Shown one piece after another: positions 27,915 to 38,281 of a DNA stretch of 64,000 bases. The stretch comes from a virus. Position numbers and translations under genes: made by a program. Location of the stretch: UHGV virus genome UHGV-0170242. One strand, written 5' to 3'. The number at the start of each line of letters is the position of its first letter. Position 1 is the first letter of the stretch. The notes below the pieces were generated by a model. That model was not told the origin of the DNA and made no database searches. It saw nothing but the letters and a program-made list of their open reading frames with translations.

Positions 27915-29398
27915 GCAGAGAAACTCGCCGCTGGTGGCGCAGATTAGTTCCGGAAAATCAAACAATCGGGTCATACATACGACAGGTTGTAGCGGGTACA
28001 TTTTATCGTATATCTGATATGCGGAATGACTCTTGCTGGGCTACTATAGAGTCTATGATAGATACTATGGAAGCTCTTGCAAGGGATTCTCAGATAGCTA
28101 CAGCACTTGATTATTATGCTACAGATGCTACTCTAGTTAATACTAAAGGTCAAGTTATATGGGCAAGCCCTATTGACAAAAATAAATCGCAAGCGGCGGA
28201 TATCGTCAATGAGTTATTCAAGCGATGGGATGTTCATTCTGTTGCAAGAGATCACATAAGAGAGCTTGCTACATTAGGTAACTTGTACATTCCGACTTCA
28301 CACTACTATCGTGATATATCAACACTTTCTTCGCGGAACGGAGTTGCGCTTGATAATAACACTGTTCCTGAGGAAGATTTTGACATATACCCTATGTACA
28401 AGTTGGATCCAAAGACACTCTTGCATGTTTGGCAGCACGGAAAACCTAAGGGGTTTCTGACACGCGACGATGATGCGGCATTATCAATTGTAATGCCCGA
28501 ATCTTCGTGTATTCATTTTGCTCTTGGCGGATTGCTAGGAGATTTTACAGTATCATCGCTTACTAAGAATGGAGATAAAGTTGAATACGATATTCAATTT
28601 GCGCGTCCGCTTTTGGAAAAAGCGGTCCAACCTACGCAGACTCTTAGCTTGCTAGAAGATGCAACTGTGTTGTCGTCGTTATCTCGTGTTATCAAATTTA
28701 TCTGCGTTGACGCTGGTTCAGAAGAGACAGAGATTATGCAGTCTCTAACTATGATAAAGAATGCGATTGAGCAGCAGCTTGCAATAAACACGGCCTCTGG
28801 GGACGCTCAAAGTTTTGTAAATCCTCAGAGCCCTAACAACCTAATATATCTTCCGAAAATAAACGGAGCCGATCCCATTTCTGTGGTAGATTTAGATATG
28901 GCTACTGCAAGCGACGCTGATTCTAAGCTGCTGGAGTACTACCAAAACAAGAAGCTATCCGTCATGGGCATTCCTAAAGAGGCCATGAACTATTCGTCTA
29001 ACGAGGGCTTAGGCGGTGCAGGTTCGGTACTTTCTCAACGATCTTCACTGTATGCTAATATGTTGAGCAGATTAGAAGCTGCTTACATGGCAGGTTGGCG
29101 AAAAGCGATCAATACATATTTTGTTGTACGAGGGATGTCTGGGCTTGTTGATATGTATGATTTACATATGCTACCAATAGTAACTCCTCAAGCTACTGTA
29201 GAAGCAGAAAAACGTGACGCAGCAATCGGGCAAGCTACTTCAATCGTAGGGCTGCTCAAAGAACTTGGTGTTGCAGACGCTGACAGCTACAGGGCTCCTA
29301 TCACAGAGATTCTTTCCGAGACACTGCCAGTAACTAGTGCTGATGCGATGAGCTGGAAGCTTAATCTTGCTCAAGGGGAGGATGGGATGAATGTCTAA
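27911..29398 (+). CDS. Portal protein
   Basis: LARDSQIATALDYYATDA, YYQNKKLSVMGIPK; 495 aa downstream of TerL. Confidence 0.8.
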   Translation: MSRETRRWWRRLVPENQTIGSYIRQVVAGTFYRISDMRNDSCWATIESMIDTMEALARDSQIATALDYYATDATLVNTKGQVIWASPIDKNKSQAADIVNELFKRWDVHSVARDHIRELATLGNLYIPTSHYYRDISTLSSRNGVALDNNTVPEEDFDIYPMYKLDPKTLLHVWQHGKPKGFLTRDDDAALSIVMPESSCIHFALGGLLGDFTVSSLTKNGDKVEYDIQFARPLLEKAVQPTQTLSLLEDATVLSSLSRVIKFICVDAGSEETEIMQSLTMIKNAIEQQLAINTASGDAQSFVNPQSPNNLIYLPKINGADPISVVDLDMATASDADSKLLEYYQNKKLSVMGIPKEAMNYSSNEGLGGAGSVLSQRSSLYANMLSRLEAAYMAGWRKAINTYFVVRGMSGLVDMYDLHMLPIVTPQATVEAEKRDAAIGQATSIVGLLKELGVADADSYRAPITEILSETLPVTSADAMSWKLNLAQGEDGMNV

Positions 29399-29738
29399 TG
29401 CAGATTTAGTAAAACTATTCTTCTCGGATCTCAAGGACTACAATTCCACTAATTACCGGACACTGGTTGCTGCAGATCTCTCCGATATCACACCTACTGT
29501 GTATAAATCGTTTTCTAGTGTAATCACTAGATACTTCATATTTGCAGAACGGCATCCGGAATTACATCAGAGCGAACTGAAGATGTTGTACTACAAGCTG
29601 AAGATTGATATGGTAGCAGCATTCTTTTCATGTTATCCCGACGTGAATACGCAGATGCTGGTTCCGTTCCAGCTAGAACTTAAAAATTATGTTTCAGCTA
29701 AGGAGGCTCAAAATGAACACAATTCCGTTGAGATATAA
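29391..29738 (+). CDS. Hypothetical protein
   Basis: 115-aa coupled ORF. Confidence 0.55.
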   Translation: MSNADLVKLFFSDLKDYNSTNYRTLVAADLSDITPTVYKSFSSVITRYFIFAERHPELHQSELKMLYYKLKIDMVAAFFSCYPDVNTQMLVPFQLELKNYVSAKEAQNEHNSVEI

Positions 29739-30312
29739 TATTTCAGATTGGCATCAAGCGGTGCAGTGTTTATCTAACAACAGCGAACACCTACATATCA
29801 ACGTATCGGATTATGTTCAGAATGACTCTATCCGAGGTACTAAAATATCGGTTATTCATGATATGTATGGTACGTTGTTTGCTTACATTGTTGATGCAGT
29901 AGGTGAATTAGTGTCTGACGTAGGACCAATGCTTTCTACGAAAACGGTGCTCAGAGAACTACGTCGATACGGATTCGACGTAACCTATGATCAGAAAGCA
30001 CACCTTTCCGGTGATCAGCTGCAGTTTTTGATGACACTCAAAGCGATGCAGTTTGATAAACTTCGACTACTTACCGTAATTGATCCAAACACGCACACCG
30101 CGACTACATATGTAGTAGTATTCAAGATTGAGCAGCATCCTGATTGGTTAGATAATGAAGCAACTGCATACAAGAAAGAATTTACAGATGCAGTTACAGT
30201 CGGATCAGCATTTAATGTTTCGTTGGTGAGTCAAGCAGCAAACTATCGATGGGATTGGTTGGACTTTGTAGCTGACATTGATCAGATATTGAACGAAAAT
30301 GCAGGAGGCTGA
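29713..30312 (+). CDS. Hypothetical (putative structural) protein
   Basis: AGGAGG RBS before ATG 29713. Confidence 0.6.
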   Translation: MNTIPLRYNISDWHQAVQCLSNNSEHLHINVSDYVQNDSIRGTKISVIHDMYGTLFAYIVDAVGELVSDVGPMLSTKTVLRELRRYGFDVTYDQKAHLSGDQLQFLMTLKAMQFDKLRLLTVIDPNTHTATTYVVVFKIEQHPDWLDNEATAYKKEFTDAVTVGSAFNVSLVSQAANYRWDWLDFVADIDQILNENAGG

Positions 30313-30315
30313 TCC

Positions 30316-30846
30316 ATGAACAACCTTATAGGCCCAGATGTTAAACTTATCCGAGATAGATATGACGAAGCATTGAAGCTTCAAGGTATTTCGGCTGTGT
30401 ATCAGTATCCTAACATGGCCGGGAGTAATTTACACGGAGAATCCGTAGTTGACAGTTACTCAGAATACATAGAAACTCATATATTCTTTGATAGCAACCC
30501 TAAGGTTAAGACACTTCGTCGATATGGGTGGGTAGTAGAAAACGATAACAATCTGCCCTTTTTGATCCACTGCAGCTTCAATCTTCCGCATTTACAGCGA
30601 GACAGTATATTTCGAATCAGCGGTCAATATACAGAACTCCCAGACAGGATATTTAGAGTTACAGAGTTAACTTATAATATTCAAGCGGCAGATCACATCA
30701 TATGTCAGGTAGTTCCTGTTTATGATAAGCAAGTTGTCGGCAAAACTGAAAAAGAAGTGCGGATGGAAAACAGCACCTCAAGTCGGTTCATAAAACAGAA
30801 TGTCGATTATCGGGGAGACCCCTATAAGACCAAGGAGAAGATGTGA
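30316..30846 (+). CDS. Putative head-closure/neck protein
   Basis: LRRYGW, RIFRVTEL pattern; between portal and sheath. Confidence 0.5.
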   Translation: MNNLIGPDVKLIRDRYDEALKLQGISAVYQYPNMAGSNLHGESVVDSYSEYIETHIFFDSNPKVKTLRRYGWVVENDNNLPFLIHCSFNLPHLQRDSIFRISGQYTELPDRIFRVTELTYNIQAADHIICQVVPVYDKQVVGKTEKEVRMENSTSSRFIKQNVDYRGDPYKTKEKM

Positions 30847-31451
30847 TGCTTTATTTATACGATAACGCAATATGTAAAGATTTGCAAGAGTCTTTTACAG
30901 ATGATTACAACAACAGTGTAGTTAAGGTTGTAGCTCCCGAAGACATTGTCAATCTTGCTGCACAACTGAAGGAAGACGAGATATCATTTCCTATTGTAGC
31001 GATTTCTCGAGATCCCGATGCACCAATTGATACAGGTCGAACTAATTTTGTTCGAATGCATCAAGGCGTGTCGACTGTAATAGATCCGAAGACTAACTTG
31101 ATTTATTATGAAAAGGCAATCCCCGTTAAGCTCGGATATCACATGACAGTATTGAGTACTAATGTAGTTGATTTGGATGAGCTCGTCAAGGAGTTGATGC
31201 ATAAATACATCACAATGTATTTTTTGCACATTGATCTACCGTATGAATCAAATCGACGCATTCGGTTTGGTATTGAGCTGGACGCGGACTCTGCGGTTGA
31301 AACATCCTCAGCTACTCGTGAATATCTGGAATCTGGTAAATTATATCAAGCAATACTGGCATTAAGGTGTGTAGGTTGCGTGCAGCTACTATACACCCCG
31401 CAGAAGTTAACTCGAATCATACATCAGGTAGATATTCCCGCAATAAACTAA
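30843..31451 (+). CDS. Putative tail terminator/neck protein
   Basis: SFPIVAISR, AIPVKLGYHMTV...DLDELVKEL pattern; directly before sheath. Confidence 0.55.
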   Translation: MMLYLYDNAICKDLQESFTDDYNNSVVKVVAPEDIVNLAAQLKEDEISFPIVAISRDPDAPIDTGRTNFVRMHQGVSTVIDPKTNLIYYEKAIPVKLGYHMTVLSTNVVDLDELVKELMHKYITMYFLHIDLPYESNRRIRFGIELDADSAVETSSATREYLESGKLYQAILALRCVGCVQLLYTPQKLTRIIHQVDIPAIN

Positions 31452-31529
31452 ACCTTGTATAGAATCGATAGGCCATTTTATGTGGGCTAAAATACAGTAA
31501 TTTGTAAAATCAACCTAGGAGGATTTATA

Positions 31530-33605
31530 ATGGCTCAAATAGTCATAAACGAGATTAGCGCGAATTATACTTATAATGTGGGTAGTAATTCGTTTGCAAC
31601 AGTGGCGCTGCCGATCACCGCTTGCTGGGGCCCAGGTTTCTCCGATCCAGGCCCTGAAAATAGTATAGATACAGCGCTTGAAGATGTTAAGTGGCTGGCA
31701 TTTCCGGCAACACAGACAGGTGTTGAGCGATTTGTCAGCACGTTCCGCGGGCCGACTGCTGGATATCGTATGTACAACGATTATTCATACGCACAAGCAA
31801 TGACGCTATTATCAGCTGGTTACGATGTATTAGTGTGTAGACTTTCCAATGGACTTCGTGCACACGCAGCCTTCAATGGTTCTGGCGAACCGGAGTCAAC
31901 CGTTTATGACGGATCGGTTGAGTACACAGAGAATGACGGTCAGACGACTGGCGTAAAACCTGCTACCGGGCCGATGGCCGCCTCTACTGGTGTAGTTACT
32001 CTGACTGCAAAGTATCCAGGAACATTCGGAAATAAGCTTCAATGTTGCCTTAAGAAGATGAATTATCGTACGGTTCTGAATGACGGCATCGCAATGACTA
32101 AGTACTACTGGAATCTTATCACGTACGTTGTAGACGTAAGTGGTATGAAGTCTGCAGTAGAAAATCTATCATTTGTGTTCGAAACTGCGAACGCAACTGA
32201 TAACATTTCACACTATTCTGAGATTGACTCTGCATTTGTGGACATCTCTGTTGAGGGTGATGTATACGATTCAGCTTCGCAGGTGATGTATGGAACTAAT
32301 CATGACGATATAGTTCCTAGTGTTCGTCTTGCAGGCGGTACCGACTACAAAGCATATACTGATGATAATGCGGCAGCCAGCAGCGCAATTGCTAATGCAT
32401 CATCTCGTTACGCTGCGGTTGGTTATACAGTATCCGAAAGCTCTCCCGATTACGTCGCACAGCTCAAGGCAGCGCTCACTCCTACTCAAAATGCAGGTAA
32501 GGAGTCCACTTACGCGTTTGACACTGCCACGCTCACACGCATCGCTAACATGCAGTGGTTGTATACAGCAGCTGTTGGATTCGGATCAGCAGGTACAACA
32601 AGCGGTATCAAGGGAGTATATGACTTACTTAAAGATAAGCTCACATACAACCCCAACAGAATAATTAGCCCTGGCTGGGATGATCAGAATTATTCTGAAT
32701 TCAACGGTTATCCTCGCAATGACCATGATGCTAAGATGCAAGATATTTCTCCTATGCACATCAAATTGATGGACGTTGCTTATCATAGCAGATGTGCAAC
32801 ATCGATTATCGACATTCCTCGAAGCTGCTTGCGTAAATTTGTTTACAATGATAGCGCTGACACTGCATCAGAGGGTTATGCACAGATGCTTGCTCGATAC
32901 ACTCCTAACACAGCTGCAACTGATGTAAACGGCTCGCTGTATCAGACACACTCTGCACTTTTCGCACCTTGGGGAAAATATCCATATGCTGGAATAAACA
33001 AACCGACAACGGCATCTCCGGCATTCCTTGCACTTATGATTCAGCGTGCGCAGATTCTGAATCAGCCGATGCAGTACGAATGGGCACTGCCTACTAATCG
33101 CAAGCATAATCTGCCTATCGGTAAGATGGATTATGTTGTAACTAAACACCTGCTTGATGAATGGCAGAAGCTTGAGGGCGTAGGTGTAAACGTAATAACC
33201 AACATTCCCGATCTAGGTACAAATATTTGGGGCAACTCCACGCTTTACGAAGTACCTCCGGCAGTTTATCAAGCACTTGCTAATCTGTCAACTAGATATT
33301 TGGTCAACGCAATTGAGAATGTAGCATACAGATGCGGTCTATCTATCACATTCTCCTACAACAACGGTCAGGCTTACAACAAGTTCTACGCTGGTGTAAC
33401 TCCGATTCTAGACACTATGAAGAACGTAGGTGCGATTGAAGACTATCGTGTCCAGATGTCAGCAGATATAAACGGATTGGATCAGGTAAATGCTAATACT
33501 GTGATAGGTAAGATATGGATCACAGTCAACGGTGTCATCAACGATATCTATATCGACCTTATCGCCCTCCCCAGTTCTGTCGACCTTAATACGTATCTCG
33601 GATAA
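31530..33605 (+). CDS. Contractile tail sheath protein
   Basis: MAQIVINEIS, LTAKYPGTFGN, LAGGTD, IWGNSTL, LSTRYLVNAI, C-terminal GKIWITV; AACCTTGTAT at 31451. Confidence 0.9.
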   Translation: MAQIVINEISANYTYNVGSNSFATVALPITACWGPGFSDPGPENSIDTALEDVKWLAFPATQTGVERFVSTFRGPTAGYRMYNDYSYAQAMTLLSAGYDVLVCRLSNGLRAHAAFNGSGEPESTVYDGSVEYTENDGQTTGVKPATGPMAASTGVVTLTAKYPGTFGNKLQCCLKKMNYRTVLNDGIAMTKYYWNLITYVVDVSGMKSAVENLSFVFETANATDNISHYSEIDSAFVDISVEGDVYDSASQVMYGTNHDDIVPSVRLAGGTDYKAYTDDNAAASSAIANASSRYAAVGYTVSESSPDYVAQLKAALTPTQNAGKESTYAFDTATLTRIANMQWLYTAAVGFGSAGTTSGIKGVYDLLKDKLTYNPNRIISPGWDDQNYSEFNGYPRNDHDAKMQDISPMHIKLMDVAYHSRCATSIIDIPRSCLRKFVYNDSADTASEGYAQMLARYTPNTAATDVNGSLYQTHSALFAPWGKYPYAGINKPTTASPAFLALMIQRAQILNQPMQYEWALPTNRKHNLPIGKMDYVVTKHLLDEWQKLEGVGVNVITNIPDLGTNIWGNSTLYEVPPAVYQALANLSTRYLVNAIENVAYRCGLSITFSYNNGQAYNKFYAGVTPILDTMKNVGAIEDYRVQMSADINGLDQVNANTVIGKIWITVNGVINDIYIDLIALPSSVDLNTYLG

Positions 33606-33621
33606 GTGAATCGTTAATGAA

Positions 33622-33706
33622 TATGCGAGGACAGCGCCGGCCAGCGTTTCTGCAGCCCTACCTGCAGATTACTCGCATGATTCTAGTTTGAACCTGTGGG
33701 GAGGTA
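33622..33706 (+). promoter_or_regulatory. Structured 5' leader (three-way junction with anti-SD loop)
   Basis: ATGCGAG/CTCGCAT closing stem; AGCGC/GCGTT and TCTGCAG/CTGCAGA arms; loop CCCTAC complementary to GTGGGG of the RBS region. Confidence 0.45.
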
Positions 33707-33710
33707 AATT

Positions 33711-35981
33711 ATGATATGTACTTGTGTGCGCTGCGGCGCACAATTTGAAGCTAAACGAAAGACAGCAGTGTGTGCTAATTGTCATACTGCTGTTTGTGTT
33801 ATTTGCGGTAAAGAATTTCAACTGCAAACTCCATGGACTCAGAAAACATGTTCATCTAAGTGCCGGGCTGAATATGTGAAACAATCTGGAATTGCAAAAG
33901 AGCGAGCTAAAAAGGCGAGTGCTACAGTTAAGAAGAACGGCACCGTGCATGTGTTTACTAAGAAATGTGCATACTGCGGTAAAGAGTTTCAAACTACGTC
34001 CAGCCGGCAGATTTACTGCAATGATATTCATTATGGGCCGTGCCCTGTTTGCGGTAAACCGGTTGAGATAAAAGAGATGTATTTAGGGCCGCAGGCTTGT
34101 TCGGACGAGTGTAGGCAGGCGCGAATTGAATCAACCTGCATTGAAAGATACGGTTCACCTTCTGCTGTTAACTCCGATCAGGCGCGGGCTAAGGCTAAAC
34201 AGACCTGTTTAGATAAATATGGTGTGGAACATTATTCTCAATCTGCAGAATATCGAAAACGGTACGAAACTACAATGGTTGAGCGGTACGGAGTTAAGTA
34301 TCCGCTACAGAGCAGTGAAATGTTGAATCGAGTTAAACAAACTAATCTGGAGCGATATGGGACTGAGTTTCCTTTAGGTAGCGTTCAGGTTAAGCAGCAG
34401 ATTGCAGTAACGATGCAATCTAAGTACGGAGGGTTTGGATTAGGTTCTGATGTTTTGCGAGATAAAATAGTAGCTACCAATGTGCAGAAATACGGAGTTG
34501 CAGTTCCGTCTAAATCAGATACAGTTAAACAGAAAATGAAACGTACAATGCAGATGCGATACCACGGTGCTCCTATCAATGATCCTGATGTGCGAGCTAA
34601 ATCAGTTAGCACCTCTTTGGTCCGGTATGGAGTTAAGCATCCTTCTCAATCTGACGCAGTTAAGCACAAAGTAGTCAAGACGATGTTGCAGCGGTATGGA
34701 GTTGATAACGCTTTTAAGTCTGAAGAGATAAAGGACAAGATTAAGCAAACTAATCTTGATAAACTAGGTGTAGACAACCCAATGAAGTCTGAAGAAATTC
34801 GAAATAAGGCGCGGGCAACTAATGTAGAGCGATACGGAACTGAGTGGTACAATAGTTCGGTGTTATCTATCGAGCGACGAATGACTGACCCTACTAAACT
34901 TAATATCTATTTACAGTTTGTATCGGATCCAGTTAATTTTATTGTTACCAATTACATTGATTCACCTACACTCACAGAGCTTTCTCGAGATACTGGGGTG
35001 GATGTTGCAACGATAAGTGCGCATGTACTGGAATCAAACGCTCAGCAATACATCAGTTATCATGTATCTACAATGGAGCGAGATATCGTGTTATACATCA
35101 AAAGCATAGCTCCGGATATTAAGATTGTACAACACGATCGATCTATGATATATCCGAATGAATTAGATATTTATCTTCCTGACTATCATGTTGGAATTGA
35201 ATGCAATCCTACAGTAACGCATAATTCATCTCGGATGGATCCGTGGAGCGGAGCTCCTAAACACTATAGGTATCATCAGCAGAAATCTATTGATTGTAGC
35301 AACAATGGTGTATTCCTATTCCATGTATTCGGATATGAGTGGACATGGAAACGTGATATCATATTGTCGATGATAAAAAATCTTTTAGGCAAGTCAGATG
35401 CTCGCGTGTTTGCCAGAAATACTCAAGTTGTAGAGCTCACCGATTCGGAGTGTCGTGAATTCTTGAATGCTAATCATCGTCAAGGTGCCATGTTTGCTAG
35501 TATTCGCCTCGGGCTTAAAGACAAGCAGACTCATGAGCTTGTAAGCGTGATGACATTCAATAAGATTAGATCTACTATAGGCAAGAAAAGCTCAACTGTT
35601 GAATTCATGGAACTTTCTAGATTCTGTTCGAGATTAAATACCTGTGTAGTGGGTGGAGCTAGTAAGTTATTTAGTTATTATTTGAAGCATCACCTAATTC
35701 ACAACGTAGTATCATTTTCGGATGTAGCTCACACTCGCGGAAATCTGTATGCTCAACTTGGATTTGTTAGGTGTAATGAATCTGCTCCTAGTTACGTGTG
35801 GGTTGACTCAATTACTGATAAAGCACTAAATCGAGTTGAATGCCAGAAATCAAATCTCGTTAAACTATTAGATGAGCCAGATCTAGACCTCTCTCAGACA
35901 GAACGGCAGATGATGGAAAGTCATGGATACCTTCGAGTATATGATTCGGGAACAGTCCGTTGGGAATATCACTCAAACTAA
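33711..35981 (+). CDS. Hef-like free-standing endonuclease: Zn-ribbon repeats, (K/R)YG repeats, Vsr/DUF559-like nuclease, Mom-like GNAT domain
   Basis: Multiple CxxCG ribbons; many ERYG/KYG units; ELDIYLPDYHVGIECNP...H; ELSRFCS...VVGGASKL...SFSD...G.LY..LGF; YDSG end. Confidence 0.75.
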   Translation: MICTCVRCGAQFEAKRKTAVCANCHTAVCVICGKEFQLQTPWTQKTCSSKCRAEYVKQSGIAKERAKKASATVKKNGTVHVFTKKCAYCGKEFQTTSSRQIYCNDIHYGPCPVCGKPVEIKEMYLGPQACSDECRQARIESTCIERYGSPSAVNSDQARAKAKQTCLDKYGVEHYSQSAEYRKRYETTMVERYGVKYPLQSSEMLNRVKQTNLERYGTEFPLGSVQVKQQIAVTMQSKYGGFGLGSDVLRDKIVATNVQKYGVAVPSKSDTVKQKMKRTMQMRYHGAPINDPDVRAKSVSTSLVRYGVKHPSQSDAVKHKVVKTMLQRYGVDNAFKSEEIKDKIKQTNLDKLGVDNPMKSEEIRNKARATNVERYGTEWYNSSVLSIERRMTDPTKLNIYLQFVSDPVNFIVTNYIDSPTLTELSRDTGVDVATISAHVLESNAQQYISYHVSTMERDIVLYIKSIAPDIKIVQHDRSMIYPNELDIYLPDYHVGIECNPTVTHNSSRMDPWSGAPKHYRYHQQKSIDCSNNGVFLFHVFGYEWTWKRDIILSMIKNLLGKSDARVFARNTQVVELTDSECREFLNANHRQGAMFASIRLGLKDKQTHELVSVMTFNKIRSTIGKKSSTVEFMELSRFCSRLNTCVVGGASKLFSYYLKHHLIHNVVSFSDVAHTRGNLYAQLGFVRCNESAPSYVWVDSITDKALNRVECQKSNLVKLLDEPDLDLSQTERQMMESHGYLRVYDSGTVRWEYHSN

Positions 35982-36031
35982 ACCTTTTATCAATGTGAAC
36001 AAAAATTCGTGTTATAAGGAGTTTCTAAACA

Positions 36032-38281
36032 ATGTCTGATATCACAATTAAGTATAACGCTAAGCCGATTGGTCAGCTTTCAGAGAGTGGAACAGCTAAG
36101 TTATTGACTGCACGGAAGAAGTGTGCAAGTAACATTGAGGTTGAATATGTAAAGCCGAAGAATACACGTGTAAACCCGGACTGGGCGCAAAATGACGCTA
36201 CTATGAGTGACTACATAAAGAATAGGCCGGGCGGGTATGACGATGTGCAGACAAAAGAATCCGAGATTATGTCTCTTAATTGCCCTGCGGATAAAAATGT
36301 CGCACAGGCCTACGCAGATTCTTCGTTTTTCCCTCCGTCGGCAGGAAATGTTATATCAGTGACAGTAGACGGTAGCACAAAAGAATATACACTAGCAGAA
36401 ACAACTATTGAGTACGACTCATTTTTGTGGTTCGGTACTCAAAATCCGTCGAGCATCACTGATATCCATGCTTTTTTTGCCCGTGATAAGTGGTTCGGGG
36501 ATTTTGGGATTGACGAGAGTGGCATATATATTCGCGTGAGCTACGGGTCACTTTCCGAAATTGCTGGAAAAACTGTAGGTTTAAAGCAGCGAGGTTTGTC
36601 GGTAACCCCAGTAAAAATAAACAGACGGTACATTGATATGGATGAACCGGCAATTAAAATCACTAAAAAGGGCGCATTGTATTCTCCGTCAATAACTGAC
36701 GATAGCAACTCTCTTGGGGCGTACGCCGTAAGTTTTAGTCACGGTAACGGTGGCGCCACTGAGGCGTACGCATTTACTGCTGGGATGAACACAGTAGCGT
36801 CTGGAAATACCTCAACCGCGTTTGGATTCGGCACAAAAGCGTCTGGGAGGTACTCCACTGCTTTCGGTATCAACGCAGAAGCGTCTGGTGGACATGCGAC
36901 AACTTTCGGTGATCATACGAAAGCGTCTGGAAACACCTCAACCGCTTTCGGTACTGACACAGTGGCGTCTGGTAGTTACTCAACTGCTTTCGGTAGCAGC
37001 GCAAAAGCGTCTGGTTCGGTGTCAACCGCGTTTGGATTCGGCACAGAAGCTTCTGGGAGTAACTCAACTGCTTTTGGTGATCATACGAAAGCGTCTAATT
37101 CTCGTTCGGTCGCTTTCGGATATTATACTTCGGCTAACCAAAAAGACCAATTTGTCTGCGGGAGATTAAACGACGAAACAATCGGTAAAGACCACCTTTT
37201 CGTTGTTGGTTCTGGATCTACCACAGACAAAAAGATAAACAGCTTTGCTGTGACAATCAATGGCGAAATCGTTATGCCTGACCCGAATGCAACGTCCACA
37301 ACGTACATGAAGGCAAGGTTTAACTCTGACGGCACTATTACGTTAATTCCGCTTTCGGATGAAACAAGATCGTATACTACTGAATGCACAGCAAACCGTG
37401 TTACGGCGATAACTGCTGAATCAACGGACACGCAGTACCCAACAGCAAAAGCCGTATATGATGCTTTGCAGGTCATCGACATTCCAAGCGGCACTGACAT
37501 ATCCCTCGGAGTGACAGGAGCGACTGTCGGACAGACTGTGAATGTTAAAACCGTTGATGATAACGGAAAACCTATTGCATGGGAAGCCGTGGATATGGCG
37601 GCAGGTGCTGATGGCGTAACACCAACAATCGGAGAGAACGGGAATTGGTATCTGGGTGAAACGGATACAGGCAAGCCGTCTCGCGGTGCAAAAGGCGACA
37701 AAGGAGACCCGTTCACTTATTCCGACTTTACTGCCGAACAGCTTGCCGCTCTCAAAGGCGATAAAGGTGATAAAGGTGATAAAGGAGACACGGGAGCAAC
37801 GGGCGAAAGTGGAGCGGACGGTGCAGACGGTAAAAGTGCGTATCAAATTGCCCTTGACAATGGTTTTGTTGGCTCTCAGTCGGAATGGCTCGCGAGTCTC
37901 AAAGGTGACAAAGGAGACAAGGGTGAAAAAGGCGATACTGGAGAACAAGGCATTCAAGGCATCCAAGGTGAAAAAGGCGATACAGGCGTACCCGGCAAGG
38001 ACGGCAAAGATGGTAAAAACGGTATAACGCCGACTATTGGCGCAAATGGCAACTGGTACATTGGCAGCACCGATACAGGCAAGCCGTCTCGTGGCGATAA
38101 AGGTGAACAAGGCCCGCAGGGATTGAAGGGCGATAAAGGTGAACAAGGCCCGCAGGGTGAAAGAGGCGCTGACGGTAAAACGCCGATTAAGGGTACGGAT
38201 TACTGGACAGAAGCTGATAAGGCAGAAATCGTACAGAGTGTTATTGAAGCGTTGCCGGACGGAACGGAGGTGTTATATTGA
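36032..38281 (+). CDS. Tail fibre/adhesin with YadA-head-like and collagen-like repeats
   Basis: 14-aa ASGxxSTAFGxxTx repeats, G-X-Y runs (GDKGDKG), duplicated TPTIGxNGNWYxGxTDTGKPSRG; AACCTTTTAT at 35981. Confidence 0.8.
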   Translation: MSDITIKYNAKPIGQLSESGTAKLLTARKKCASNIEVEYVKPKNTRVNPDWAQNDATMSDYIKNRPGGYDDVQTKESEIMSLNCPADKNVAQAYADSSFFPPSAGNVISVTVDGSTKEYTLAETTIEYDSFLWFGTQNPSSITDIHAFFARDKWFGDFGIDESGIYIRVSYGSLSEIAGKTVGLKQRGLSVTPVKINRRYIDMDEPAIKITKKGALYSPSITDDSNSLGAYAVSFSHGNGGATEAYAFTAGMNTVASGNTSTAFGFGTKASGRYSTAFGINAEASGGHATTFGDHTKASGNTSTAFGTDTVASGSYSTAFGSSAKASGSVSTAFGFGTEASGSNSTAFGDHTKASNSRSVAFGYYTSANQKDQFVCGRLNDETIGKDHLFVVGSGSTTDKKINSFAVTINGEIVMPDPNATSTTYMKARFNSDGTITLIPLSDETRSYTTECTANRVTAITAESTDTQYPTAKAVYDALQVIDIPSGTDISLGVTGATVGQTVNVKTVDDNGKPIAWEAVDMAAGADGVTPTIGENGNWYLGETDTGKPSRGAKGDKGDPFTYSDFTAEQLAALKGDKGDKGDKGDTGATGESGADGADGKSAYQIALDNGFVGSQSEWLASLKGDKGDKGEKGDTGEQGIQGIQGEKGDTGVPGKDGKDGKNGITPTIGANGNWYIGSTDTGKPSRGDKGEQGPQGLKGDKGEQGPQGERGADGKTPIKGTDYWTEADKAEIVQSVIEALPDGTEVLY

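Noticed and set aside
37123..38146. Long minus-strand ORFs over the fibre gene and the many other antisense ORFs
   Set aside because: Shadows of repetitive or biased + strand coding, with no RBS or motifs
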